Shown one piece after another: positions 29,501-37,637 of a stretch of DNA of 64,000 nucleotides. The notes under the pieces are model-generated. The model was not told the origin of the DNA. It was given only the letters and a program-made list of their open reading frames with translations, and did not search any database. Every line of letters starts with the position of its first letter. The first letter of the stretch is position 1. The stretch is from NCBI GenBank assembly GCA_025362955.1, contig JANYFB010000273.1:8455-72454 (forward strand), given 5' to 3'. The DNA comes from Akkermansiaceae bacterium (GTDB lineage Bacteria; Verrucomicrobiota; Verrucomicrobiia; Verrucomicrobiales; Akkermansiaceae). A program made the position numbers and the translations under genes.

Positions 29501-32453
29501 ACGGCCCGGTCATCGTCGCACCGGGATAGCGATACGATTGCTGCTGATTTTGATGGGCGTAAGCGGTCTGCACCGAACTCATGAGAGTTAGCAGAGTGCG
29601 GACGTCCTCGGGATAGTTCTTGATGTAGTTTCTCTGATTTTGCGGATTGACCGGAATTCCAGTTAGGTCTCCGTTCGCTTGTTGTAGTGCGAGGAAAATA
29701 GGCAGCGCCTCGGCCTCGCGGCCATCCTGCTCCAACATCACCGCTAACAGGTAGCGGCAACGCCAATCCCCGCCATCCGGTAAGGATTCGCGGAGGTAGC
29801 GAATCGCCTCCTCATACATTCCGGCTCCCGCGAGAGTGGCCGCGCTGCTCTCGATAGAGCGTGGATCGTTCGCCTGTTTTCCAGACATCGCTTGCAGTTC
29901 GCGCATCCCTTTCAAAGTCTGACCTTGGCGCAAATACGCCTGCGCCAAAGCTCCACGGACACGATTCGTCGTGTCCTGTGCAAGTGCCTCCTCTAACACC
30001 GCCACCACCCGATCCGGGTTCCCGCTTTGTTCTTCAAGATTGGCGATTTGTAAGCGCAGATCAATGTCCTTTGGCTGAAGGCGCACCGCTTCTAACAATA
30101 AGTCACGCCGTTTGTCCTCATTCTGTGTGACCCGCGCCAGTTCGGCCTGCGCGAGAATTGGTCCGATAGAACGACGGTTGCCACGAGCGCGCTCCTGCAG
30201 TTTTTCAGCCAGTTCCTCGACCTTTCCATTTCGCATCGAGAGTTGTGCCAATTGCGCTGCCCACCGCGCCTGATCCGCCGGACTTTGCGACTCGTCGTAC
30301 AAGCGCCAATAAATCGCCTCCGCATCCGCCCACTGCCCGGATTCCTCGTGCAGCGACGCGAGATTTGCCGCCAAATCCGTATCCCCCTCGAAACGCGCCA
30401 CCGCCTGCCGCGTCATTTTTACCGCCTCCTCCGGCTTGCCACTCTCTCGCAGCAACCGGCTGCCTGCGATCCATGCCGCCTTATCGCCCGGCGCACTTTG
30501 TTTCCAACGCTCCACCGTGGCGAGCGCATCTGCGGTCTTTCCTGCTCGCTGTTGGAGTTCGGACAGGTCTTTGAAAAACGCCGCTTTCCTCCCCTCCTCG
30601 GTATCTGCGAGATGGGAAAGTGCTCCGATTGCTTGGTCAAACTCTCCTCGCCGATCTAGCAGCGCAGCGTAAAAATGCAACACCAGCGGGTCTGTCGCGC
30701 GGTCTAGCAGTTTCGCTACCGCATCGAAGTCCCCCTGTCCCTCCATCAACTCCGCTAACAGGCATGTTTCCGCAGCCGTTCGCGTCGCCTGGGCATCCAG
30801 TGTGGTCCGCCATTCCAGCACCTTGTCCGCAGCCACCAGCACGCGATTCGCCAGGCCGATGTGCTCGGCGATTTCCGCCGTCTGTTTCGATAGCCGCACC
30901 AGCTTGACTGCTTGCGAAACGGCATCTACCGCCTTGTTCGCTGCCAGAGCGGTCTGGGCCACTGCTGCTAGATAACGTGGCTCTGAGGAAAATTTATCCG
31001 CCTTCGCCGTTAGAATCTCGAACGCCACACCACTCTCGCCTAGCGCGGAAATCGAGCTTGCTACTCTAAGCACCACTTCCACTTCGTCCGCCCCACCGGC
31101 TTTTTTCAGCAACTCCAATGCCTCCGCTTTATGGTTCGTTTTACCGTATTGCGCGGCTAATGCTTCCGCTGGTGCCGGTCCCGCCCCTTTCGCGACAGCG
31201 AGTTCTCTCAGCAGCGCTTCACCCGGTTCGTTCTGGCTGTATTGAAACATCAAGCTCGCGATGCGGATGCCGTTACCCTCATCCTTGCCGAGAAGTTCGA
31301 GCGCTTTCTTTAGCGCCGCTAACACGGCGTCCGGCTTGCCTTGGCGACTGCGTAGTGCCGCCATCTGAAGTTGCAAGGCAGCCTCCGTCGGAGCCAGCTC
31401 GATCATTTTATCTAACTCTGCCGCCGCATCGTCGAAACGCTCGCCATCTGATAGAAGGCGCACGAATTCCTCGCGGAGTTCACGATCTCCCGGCGAACGC
31501 TTGAGCACTTCACGGAACCGCCCGACCGCTGAATCCGTCTCGCCCTGCGCTGCCTCTAACTTCGCAAGCTGGCGGTGGATCAGCAGCCGCCGAGGATTCG
31601 CTTCCGCCAGCTTTTTCAACTCTGCGGACAAATCTGCCAAGCGATCTTGCTTGCGGAAAACTTTCTCAATCTGCGCCAGCACCTCGATCTCTAACCACGA
31701 CCCCTCGCCGACTTGGGCCAGCGTGGCCGCGTAGGCTTCTGCCGCCTCGTCATTTTTGCCCGCCTGTGCCAGCAAATCCCCACGGCGCATGGCTCGCAGC
31801 GTTTTCTTGTAGGGATCCGCGCTCGCATCGATCAGCTTGGAAATGTAGGTTAAAGCCTGCGCCGTCTCGCCATCTGCTGCGGCGGATTCCACCAGATCTT
31901 CCAGTAAATCCTCGTCGCCCGGATGCGCCGCGAGCAGCGCGTCCCAGGCCTTCACCGCTTCGTCGGACTTGCCTTCACGCAGCCAGGATTTCCCAACCAT
32001 TTTCGCCGCTTCCAGTGCAAGCGCCTCGTCCTTTCCCGCGACTACCTTGGCCAAATCCGCGCGCGCGGCCTCGAACTCCAAACGCCGCAAACGGATTTTC
32101 GCGCGCTCCATCGGCAATGCGGGATCATCCGCCACGGCATCAATCGCCTTCGCCAATGCTGCCAATGCATCATCTTCATGCCCACGCCGCAGCTCGTAAG
32201 TTGCCAGCACCGTCCACTCTTGCCCGCCATTCGCTTGTGCCTGTGCCTTCAGGAACGCATCCAGTGTCTCGATCGGTTGCTCGTCGATCCATGCGCCAAA
32301 AAAGCGGTCGAACAAGGCCGCATTATGAGGCCGCTTCAACAACACCTCGTGGTATTTCAAGGCCTTTTCCGGCGCTTCACCCGCCATGGCCAATGGAGCC
32401 ACCAGACAGGAAATCGAAATCATCAAGACAGGCAAGCCGGAGGGTTTGAACAT
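23598..32453 (-). CDS. giant secreted TPR / alpha-solenoid protein (2951 aa)
   Basis: Uninterrupted 8.86-kb ORF. Signal peptide MFKPSGLPVLMISISCLVAPLAMAGE. Residues ~30-900 are Ala-rich TPR-like repeats. Residues ~900-2900 are helical-looking with no motif I recognise, and include a poly-Ser run (9 x S, nt 28107..28133) and GGSSSSGDD. One more TPR-like unit sits at the extreme C-terminus. Confidence 0.85.
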   Translation of the reverse strand: MFKPSGLPVLMISISCLVAPLAMAGEAPEKALKYHEVLLKRPHNAALFDRFFGAWIDEQPIETLDAFLKAQAQANGGQEWTVLATYELRRGHEDDALAALAKAIDAVADDPALPMERAKIRLRRLEFEAARADLAKVVAGKDEALALEAAKMVGKSWLREGKSDEAVKAWDALLAAHPGDEDLLEDLVESAAADGETAQALTYISKLIDASADPYKKTLRAMRRGDLLAQAGKNDEAAEAYAATLAQVGEGSWLEIEVLAQIEKVFRKQDRLADLSAELKKLAEANPRRLLIHRQLAKLEAAQGETDSAVGRFREVLKRSPGDRELREEFVRLLSDGERFDDAAAELDKMIELAPTEAALQLQMAALRSRQGKPDAVLAALKKALELLGKDEGNGIRIASLMFQYSQNEPGEALLRELAVAKGAGPAPAEALAAQYGKTNHKAEALELLKKAGGADEVEVVLRVASSISALGESGVAFEILTAKADKFSSEPRYLAAVAQTALAANKAVDAVSQAVKLVRLSKQTAEIAEHIGLANRVLVAADKVLEWRTTLDAQATRTAAETCLLAELMEGQGDFDAVAKLLDRATDPLVLHFYAALLDRRGEFDQAIGALSHLADTEEGRKAAFFKDLSELQQRAGKTADALATVERWKQSAPGDKAAWIAGSRLLRESGKPEEAVKMTRQAVARFEGDTDLAANLASLHEESGQWADAEAIYWRLYDESQSPADQARWAAQLAQLSMRNGKVEELAEKLQERARGNRRSIGPILAQAELARVTQNEDKRRDLLLEAVRLQPKDIDLRLQIANLEEQSGNPDRVVAVLEEALAQDTTNRVRGALAQAYLRQGQTLKGMRELQAMSGKQANDPRSIESSAATLAGAGMYEEAIRYLRESLPDGGDWRCRYLLAVMLEQDGREAEALPIFLALQQANGDLTGIPVNPQNQRNYIKNYPEDVRTLLTLMSSVQTAYAHQNQQQSYRYPGATMTGPFALPQDTEEVHRMAMVHICKLAKKSGDGGTQIQAQIRAAGVTNAAFMADFVDSSGAGQPDFPKLLQAHPEEPGLLGMVMMYNSYNSSGSGINVALLKMALEKQPHLSPLTRFQAAVILAKDAKADDPTWAQILTAAGQCLESKDSDMVMKTAYQLVQIIADEKSAMPETQREALKKIVLELIAKAPVDDEKLDQFRLYGLAVAGTREQWIDALNSMVKRFRKQPNGASGMSSQLQARMSYGRMRGYNPWMNGETPFALPTFENLSYTSLPSIYLYQIRPASETQGNGGYGGIDPKDLRTYLDRIESPVLRAWVMLRAGDQAAAAKLLSVTPPKEEAGDFALLRTYQAVQGKKFSEAYSLLDQSRAARASDQNYTTWLNTTLIALASEMKPEERAKIADSLRTVLVQCRQVLGLQGAPVLAAKATELGFEDLAKRFQAPAISKTGGSPLGPAGFGQASSSSSSSSSRTNGTMERVIKLSSEKKYDAAAREALLIFRQAKSNRGNSSYEIRELLTKLSEDVRKELVKITDPGESKSLTKRLEYADICTAVGKNEQALATLELLIVERPDDASVAAKMAFLLPSAQRGRVKKLMSRSAASEDFVMLAYERGQALSNREDNKETLEYFETVTGWLESATPEDLAKANLSWAAYLAKEFYSTQNTNALPDLFSESKEKVKDQETANRRLAIARRLALAMLRYPTLSEEGFRLYSGAKAWKTTPEELDAKAREALAVAKIETAQTQYSNQSFFTLILGNGGSSSSGDDLGSYSSVGWLTARLAKAKTPNEILPPAYLKELVERNPKVGGLVSAMANISTIEQLSKLWDSDSLKSGNDRVSVMLRQGVLTRAGTVPGASRFFLDRIRETPPGKLVNGMSNGNPGSDISLLSAALTAGVAGSQEDLDAICVAISKAVFGEKIDWESKDGKQLLYQQINVIESFLRQQSLNPPDAIRLHRTLFRLGIPVGNNEYELFRSFRNHNYQKPEEVEALFESLGWLSDISNWEPYAAILVEVQQVGGKMTYIRQPKLLNERMMSYMNTSFSRSDLVKRLSDHKPSTFGYLISAAALSSGKERSDLTAAAFANAGPALAKLPASRIEGFSLLLPWLPAEAIAKLPPVFRDKAKATEEVRRKEMVKRADEFLSNKQRQVNYSSPFGEIRQILAEIAPLDFQKSVDLFLEAERRFTTSLTQGGRLSSYTSNDLQITERDESIISLLNNSDSPFYQNQPLAFRFIAAVVKSPEGARLSLADNSYNGQSLLFRMGATFTRWDRGNSSNEPDWLRSLRPAMEMPEDIRSDALLALTTYEMNNNSSSGAAYTTRERKIVQTTRDELIKKGGKDSDALLKGLSYRDLTLGLSGWATDKAENHTATSALLVSIIGDKSRAETSRMQFAFNCVSHTPGILTDSGITAVIALLYESYCEAPRSAVNPLGMAVIKAISTVEFGPETKPLARRMNDAFWKNANSPKAGGHPSLPATMATTFFIASARVGDDAMVKKLLGQVKQSITGDLATFIALISTDQFDLAKSLMPELGCTYRNPNSAIVYSRTLEEKLDAFTKSGVDPIQVMRLECQLLQIKAAEGDLAPRQKSEDRSTRLAAAYKKDPPKNRLLQMEMLNTITATNYLELLELRDELAAYAEGTNYETSLKDWTAGVGAPTDMNPRFLIAKTDCLIYRRAAFAKMVLGDTGLLEKMTSALVAAPPSSESNDNSYAVRNSLRDVFNSSSISICNAISKGEMAGFEKSLKCFEDLAVSCDGRSEIDSNDMTTSLRLCQFLAHWIGQPERFKNVLSRMKTHNDLDKTLPVEKCSASFVESTARNNLWKSPAFTEVRRKFFTALFSQPFLAPLFPPQNAWTYQMAAGPVGDDFMVITSPMPAAFIPEVRAQLMDYRGDHFHMRKEYQPAIEAYRAALAECQPGPERNELRAMIQYDLAQSLFENKQLDEAKSIYASIPPNQVGKPQKEKYVKLGKSLTTPEQP

Positions 32454-32596
32454 AGCGGTTAAAGTTGATAGACTTATTTCAAATTAAACAATGCCTGTCG
32501 CTCAAATTATCGTCACATCTTCGAACGAGGCTACTCTTACCAAGGCGGGTGCGGAACCATTTGCACCGTCCCCGCTCGCCATGTAAGAACTCCGGC

Positions 32597-33133
32597 ATGT
32601 GGGAGGCGATGCAATCAAACAACGTTTGGCAGGATGTAGGAACCGGCGCGGCGTGGTTGGTCACAAGTTGCCTCTTACTCGCTGGAGCGGTCGGCTGCGT
32701 GCTGCCTGTTCTACCAGGACACTTAATCATCCTGATCGCAGCCATCGCCCACCGGCTGATGCTTGGGGAGGCATCCGGCTTGCGTTGGTGGTCCTTTGTG
32801 GTTCTGGTGCTATTGATGGCGATTTCCCAGACCTTCGAAATGGTCAGCGGGGCGGCAGGATCGAAATGGTTCGGTGGCACGCGCTGGGGCGCGGCGGGGG
32901 CCATGATCGGAACCATCGTGGGGCTTTTTTTCCTCCCGTTCGGACTGCTGCTAGGACCGCTGATCGGAGCTTTTGTGTTCGAACTCGCCTTTGCGAGGAA
33001 GGAAACACGGACGGCGGCGGTTTCCGGCGTAGGCTCAGTGGTCGGCACTTTGGCAGGGATGGGATTCAAGATGGTCGTCGGGGTTTTGATGATCGGCTGG
33101 TTCTTCCTGGATGTGTTTTTGATTGGACAATAG
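32597..33133 (+). CDS. DUF456-family membrane protein
   Basis: Start at MWEAMQ (32597). Four hydrophobic helices, VLPVLPGHLIILIAA and GGTRWGAAGAMIGTIVG motifs as in DUF456. Confidence 0.7.
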   Translation: MWEAMQSNNVWQDVGTGAAWLVTSCLLLAGAVGCVLPVLPGHLIILIAAIAHRLMLGEASGLRWWSFVVLVLLMAISQTFEMVSGAAGSKWFGGTRWGAAGAMIGTIVGLFFLPFGLLLGPLIGAFVFELAFARKETRTAAVSGVGSVVGTLAGMGFKMVVGVLMIGWFFLDVFLIGQ

Positions 33134-33152
33134 GCGCGGGCGGGACAGTTTC

Positions 33153-33549
33153 GGCGTGCCGCTCCCCGGACGGTCGCAGTTTTCGCGCAAGCGGGAGCTG
33201 AGGAAAGTCCGGACACCACAGGGCAACGCGCCTCATGAAAGTGAGGGACGGGTAACGTGAGGAACCCGGACAGAAAGTGCAGCAGAAAGATACCGCCGAT
33301 GGCCCGCAAGGGCACAGGCAAGGGTGAAATGGTGGAGTAAGAGCCCACCGCGAATCCGGGTAACCGGACGGCACGGCAAACCTCGCGTGGTGCAAGACAG
33401 AACAGGGGAAGGGCTGCCCGCCCGTTCATCTCCGGGTATTAGTCGCATCCTGCGCAAGCAGGGCGCTCCGCCTCGGCGGGGTGAGAGAAATGGCCGTCCA
33501 GCCTCGCAAGAGGGGGACAGAATCCGGCTTACAGGGGAGCGGCACTCCT
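33153..33549 (+). ncRNA. rnpB: RNase P RNA, bacterial type A
   Basis: Conserved GAGGAAAGTCCGGAC (P4 5' strand), ACAGAAAGTGCAGCAGAAAGATACCGCC, GGAGTAAGAGCCCACCGC, and ACAGAATCCGGCTTA (P4 3' strand). P1 is formed by GTGCCGCTCCCC (33155..33166) pairing with GGGGAGCGGCAC (33534..33545). ORFs listed across this region are spurious. Confidence 0.9.
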
Positions 33550-33685
33550 TTTCCTGCACCGCGGACGTGCAAGCTGCACCGGGCGGGATACACAGGACGG
33601 TCAGAATCCGACCTTTTTCAGGTTTATCCTTGCGCGAGGGAGACTGAAGGGAAGAATCCGCCCCCCCGCGCCGCGGTTCCACCCC

Positions 33686-34693
33686 ATGAGCGAATCAAAC
33701 AGCACTTCTGAGAACGCCAGCTTCGAACAAATCGGCGAAGTCCTGCATAAGCACCAATCGTTTGTCCTCATCAGCCACGTCCGTCCAGATGGCGATGCGA
33801 TCGGCTCGCAGCTTGCACTCGGATTTTCCCTCATCGCTGCGGGAAAATCCGTCCGTTTGATCAACGAGGACGGCCTGCCGGACAATCTCGCGTTTATGGC
33901 TGGAGCGAAAAAAATCGAATTGCCCCCCACCGAACCGCTCGACGTGGAAGTGGCCATCGCTCTCGACACGGCGACGAAACCTCGCCTCGGCGACAATGCC
34001 TTGCACGCCGCGTCCAAGGCGAAGATCTGGCTCAACATTGACCACCACGTTTCCAATCCGAAATACGGCGATTTGAACCTCATTGACTCCACCAGCCCGG
34101 CAACCGGACAGATCCTTTATCAACTTCTAACCGCACTCAATCTTCCATTTCCTGACGAAACGCGTGATGCGATCTACGTCGCGGTTTCCACCGACACCGG
34201 TTCCTTTCAGTATCCCTCCACCACCGCAAAGACCTATGAAATGGCCGCCGATCTCGTGCGCCGCGGGCTTGATGTGGGAACGATCAATTCCAGCACTTAC
34301 GACAACCATCCCTACCGCCGTGTGGAGCTGATGCGCGCGCTGCTAAACACGCTGGAGCTTTCCCCGGACGGCCTAGTCGCGAATTGGGAACTGCGGGACG
34401 AAACCCGGCTTGATCTCGCGCTGCTGCCCGAGGACAGCGAAGGGTTGATCGACATCATCCGCGCGATCCGCGGAGTGCTTCTTGCGGTATTTTTTGAGGA
34501 GCTGGTGGATGGTAAAATCCGGGTCTCGATGCGTTCAAAGGATCGCCGGATCAACGTGAGCGACATCGCCCTGGAATTTGGCGGTGGCGGCCACGCTCTT
34601 GCCGCCGGCATCCGCATGAAGGGGCCGCTGGACGAAGCGAAACCACTTGTGTTAGCTGCCATCCGCCGCCGCATCGCAGAGATCGGCATTTGA
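33686..34693 (+). CDS. nrnA: DHH-family phosphoesterase, NrnA-type oligoribonuclease/pAp phosphatase
   Basis: DHH motifs ISHVRPDGDAIGS, LDTA and DTGSFQY, plus DHHA1 GGGGHALAAG. Confidence 0.8.
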   Translation: MSESNSTSENASFEQIGEVLHKHQSFVLISHVRPDGDAIGSQLALGFSLIAAGKSVRLINEDGLPDNLAFMAGAKKIELPPTEPLDVEVAIALDTATKPRLGDNALHAASKAKIWLNIDHHVSNPKYGDLNLIDSTSPATGQILYQLLTALNLPFPDETRDAIYVAVSTDTGSFQYPSTTAKTYEMAADLVRRGLDVGTINSSTYDNHPYRRVELMRALLNTLELSPDGLVANWELRDETRLDLALLPEDSEGLIDIIRAIRGVLLAVFFEELVDGKIRVSMRSKDRRINVSDIALEFGGGGHALAAGIRMKGPLDEAKPLVLAAIRRRIAEIGI

Positions 34694-34709
34694 TTTTCAC
34701 CATTCTTTC

Positions 34710-35444
34710 ATGAGAAATAATCCCACGGATTTCGACGGCCCGAGCGGCGTCCTGTTAGTCGATAAGGCGGAAGACATGACTTCCCACGATGTCGTCGCAA
34801 TCGCCCGCCGCGCCCTGAACACCAAGAAAATCGGCCACTGCGGCACACTGGATCCGATGGCCACCGGCCTGCTGATGTTAGTCATTGGGCGCGCTACGAA
34901 AATACAGGATTTGCTGATGAGCGAGGACAAGCAATACGTCGGCACGCTCACGCTCGGCTCGACCACCAGCACTCAGGACCGCCAAGGCGACACCTTGGAA
35001 ACGAAACCCGTTGGAGATTATTCCAGGGAGCAGATCCACCACGCCTTCGACGGCTTCATGGGCGATTTCGAACAGATCCCGCCGATGGTTTCGGCGATCA
35101 AAAAGGACGGGGTGCCGCTTTATAAACTTGCTAGAAAAGGCATTGAGATCGTCCGCGAACCGCGCAAAGTGCATATCACTTCCTACGAGGTTTCGCGCAT
35201 CGAGCTGCCGGAAGTGGATTTCACCGTGAACTGCTCGAAGGGATTTTATGTGAGGACTTACGCCCACGACATCGGAGAGAAACTCGGTTGCGGCGCCCAT
35301 CTCAGCGCCCTGCGACGCACGCGCTCGGGGAAGTTCACGTTAGATCCCGCGGTGACCATCGCGGATTTGAAAACAGCGCCCCGCGAGAATCTTTACAAGG
35401 CACTAATTTCCCTAGCAGAAATCTCCCTGATGCGGGGTGCTTAA
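34710..35444 (+). CDS. truB: tRNA pseudouridine(55) synthase
   Basis: GVLLVDK, GHCGTLDPMATGLL (catalytic Asp), and QIPPMVSAIKKDGVPLYKLAR. Confidence 0.9.
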   Translation: MRNNPTDFDGPSGVLLVDKAEDMTSHDVVAIARRALNTKKIGHCGTLDPMATGLLMLVIGRATKIQDLLMSEDKQYVGTLTLGSTTSTQDRQGDTLETKPVGDYSREQIHHAFDGFMGDFEQIPPMVSAIKKDGVPLYKLARKGIEIVREPRKVHITSYEVSRIELPEVDFTVNCSKGFYVRTYAHDIGEKLGCGAHLSALRRTRSGKFTLDPAVTIADLKTAPRENLYKALISLAEISLMRGA

Positions 35445-35481
35445 GGAGAGACAAGGAGTGTTAGCGGATTCGCCGACTCTC

Positions 35482-36885
35482 TCAACCCAAGTCGGCCACA
35501 GTCCGAGTCTCCTCATCTGCCAACTCATCTGGCAGCTTGCGGAAATGCACCTGCCCGACCCGGCGTCCGTCGGTGCTGGTGATCCGCGCTTCATAGCCTA
35601 ACACCTCAACCGTTTCCCCCACCTCCGGAAATCTCTCTAACTGTTGCGTGAGATACCCCCCGACGGTGGTGACTTCGCCGCTTTCGAGGAACAGCTCCGG
35701 GACGTGGCCTGCTAGATCGTTGAGGGTCATTGCGCCTTCAATCACGAATTGTTCCTCATTCACGCGGGTGAAAGCGGACCGCTCGTTGTCGAACTCGTCC
35801 TGGATGTCGCCGACGAGTTCCTCCATCACATTGTCGAGGAAAACGATGCCGACGGGCGTGCCGAATTCATCGACCGCCATGGCCAGGTGGGCGTGCTCCC
35901 GAAGGAAAAAAGTAAGCAGCGTGTCCAGTGGCATGGTATCCGGGACGATTTTCAACTCACGCTTGATCCGCATCAGATCGGGGTCCGGTTCCTTGATCAG
36001 CTTGAACAAATCCTTAATGTGAATGAGGCCGATGGCGTGGTCGAGGTGGCCTTTGACCAGCGGAAAGCGGGTGTGCTTGCTGCGCATCGCAATTTCGAGA
36101 GTCTTGTCGAATGGCTGATCCGCATCCAAAATGATAACCTTGTTGCGGGGCGTCATCACGTCGCGCACCCAGAGTTCGTTTAGACCGAGGGCGTTGATGA
36201 GAATCTCGCGCTCGGTTTCCGTGACTTCCTGGGAATTCCCGCTCTGGGTGACCAGGAGGGCAAGCTCTTCCGCAGAGTGAGCTTCGTCGTGGCCGGTGGA
36301 TGGCTCGATGCGGAAAACCACGCGGGCAAGTCGGTTCGATGCGCCGTTGAGCATGCGGATGGGCAAGCTGCAAAGGTTGTAAAATAAATGCATGGGCCTG
36401 GCTAGAACCAGCGTGGTTTCCAGCGATTTGCGGATGGCGATCATCTTGGGCAATTGCTCGCCCACCACCACGTGCAAGATGGTGAATGAACCGATCGCCA
36501 GCACCCAAGACAGACCGGAGACCAACCCCGGAGGGAACCAAGGGATTCCCTGCAGCGGCGGCCCCACCAATTTTTCGATGAATGGCTCGCCCAAAGCGCC
36601 GAGAGCCAGCGAAGCTACCGTGATGCCAAGTTGGGCGGCGGAGAGGTAGGGATTAATGTCCGCGACGATTTTCCGGGCGGCGATTCCCTCCGGTGATTTG
36701 TCTTTGCCCTCGGCCTCGATCTGGCTGGGTCTCACCTTGACGAAGGCGAATTCCGCAGCCACGAATAGCGCGTTGAGGAGAAGAAACAAAAAAATACCTC
36801 CTAGGTAGAATAGCGTCTCGCCAAGCGTCGGCCATTGATAATGAACCTCGGCTGTGGATGCCAGCCACTTGAAATCCGCAATCAT
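35482..36885 (-). CDS. CNNM/DUF21-CBS-CorC_HlyC family transporter-associated protein (hemolysin family)
   Basis: 467 aa. N-terminal DUF21 TM region (AEFAFVKVRPSQIE), a CBS pair (VRDVMTPRNKV..., RFPLVKGHLDHAIGLIHIKD), and a C-terminal CorC_HlyC domain. Confidence 0.85.
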   Translation of the reverse strand: MIADFKWLASTAEVHYQWPTLGETLFYLGGIFLFLLLNALFVAAEFAFVKVRPSQIEAEGKDKSPEGIAARKIVADINPYLSAAQLGITVASLALGALGEPFIEKLVGPPLQGIPWFPPGLVSGLSWVLAIGSFTILHVVVGEQLPKMIAIRKSLETTLVLARPMHLFYNLCSLPIRMLNGASNRLARVVFRIEPSTGHDEAHSAEELALLVTQSGNSQEVTETEREILINALGLNELWVRDVMTPRNKVIILDADQPFDKTLEIAMRSKHTRFPLVKGHLDHAIGLIHIKDLFKLIKEPDPDLMRIKRELKIVPDTMPLDTLLTFFLREHAHLAMAVDEFGTPVGIVFLDNVMEELVGDIQDEFDNERSAFTRVNEEQFVIEGAMTLNDLAGHVPELFLESGEVTTVGGYLTQQLERFPEVGETVEVLGYEARITSTDGRRVGQVHFRKLPDELADEETRTVADLG

Positions 36886-36888
36886 CGG

Positions 36889-37149
36889 TCAAAGTTTTTC
36901 GTAAACGCCCTGATCGCGTCGCTCGAGGATGGTAAATCCGGCCTTCTTGGCATCGCTCACGGAGAGCGGCTTCGTGATGGTGGGGGTATTGATCCGCGAA
37001 ATCACTTTTTTCACCGGATTCTTGCAGAGCGGGCAAACCAACAACGGAGCCCGGTCGATAGGGCGTCTGAGCTCGAATCCACGGGCGCAGACGCGGCACG
37101 AATGCTCAGGGTCATCCGTTGCTTCGGAAACGTATTCGTAAATTGGCAT
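36889..37149 (-). CDS. FmdB-family zinc-ribbon protein
   Basis: Internal start MPIYEYVSEA... (37149), with CRVC ... CPLC Cys pairs typical of the FmdB/CxxC_CxxC_SSSS family. The upstream part of ORF 36889..37329 overlaps rpsN and is unlikely to be coding. Confidence 0.7.
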   Translation of the reverse strand: MPIYEYVSEATDDPEHSCRVCARGFELRRPIDRAPLLVCPLCKNPVKKVISRINTPTITKPLSVSDAKKAGFTILERRDQGVYEKL

Positions 37150-37211
37150 GGGCAGGACGCGGGAGCGGGAGAATTTCCGACCCGCGTCAAAATAGCGCGA
37201 ACTGTGCCAGC

Positions 37212-37481
37212 TTACCAGCTCGACTTGGTCACACCCGGAAGCATCCCGGCGGAAGCAAGCTCGCGAAAGGTAATCCGGGACAGGCGGAAGCGACGCAGAA
37301 ATGCCCGGCGGCGGCCGGTGATTTCGCAACGGTTCACCAGGCGCGTCGGACTCGCATCACGCGGAAGCATGGAGAGACCCACGTAGTCCTTCGCTTTCTT
37401 GAGTTTGAGACGGAGGTCAGCGTATTTCGCTACGGTTTCTTTTTTGCGCGCGTTGCGGGCGATCCAACTTTTCTTAGCCAT
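37212..37481 (-). CDS. rpsN: 30S ribosomal protein S14 (long, non-zinc form)
   Basis: Start at [24 protein letters not shown]... (37481). [26 protein letters not shown]...LPGVTKSSW is the S14 C-terminus. 89 aa. Confidence 0.9.
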   Translation of the reverse strand: MAKKSWIARNARKKETVAKYADLRLKLKKAKDYVGLSMLPRDASPTRLVNRCEITGRRRAFLRRFRLSRITFRELASAGMLPGVTKSSW

Positions 37482-37637
37482 AATTCGGGGCGCAGGTGTT
37501 ACGGGATGGGCCGAGGGTTGCAAGCCCAAAGTCGCGGTTTCTTGGATTTTTAAGAAAATCCACTTCAAGCGTCTGCCCCTTGCGCGGGTTTCACATTTGA
37601 CACATCCGCCGAAATCCCACCCCTTTCCTACCGGCCA

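Noticed and set aside
31766-32462. 227-aa and 179-aa + strand ORFs.
   Set aside because: These are antisense to the GC-rich TPR head of the giant gene. They are Pro/Arg/Ser-rich nonsense typical of shadow ORFs.
32479-33429. 316-aa minus-strand ORF, with other ORFs at 33035..33682.
   Set aside because: It overlaps the DUF456 gene on the opposite strand and the RNase P RNA gene. The rnpB conserved boxes explain the region.
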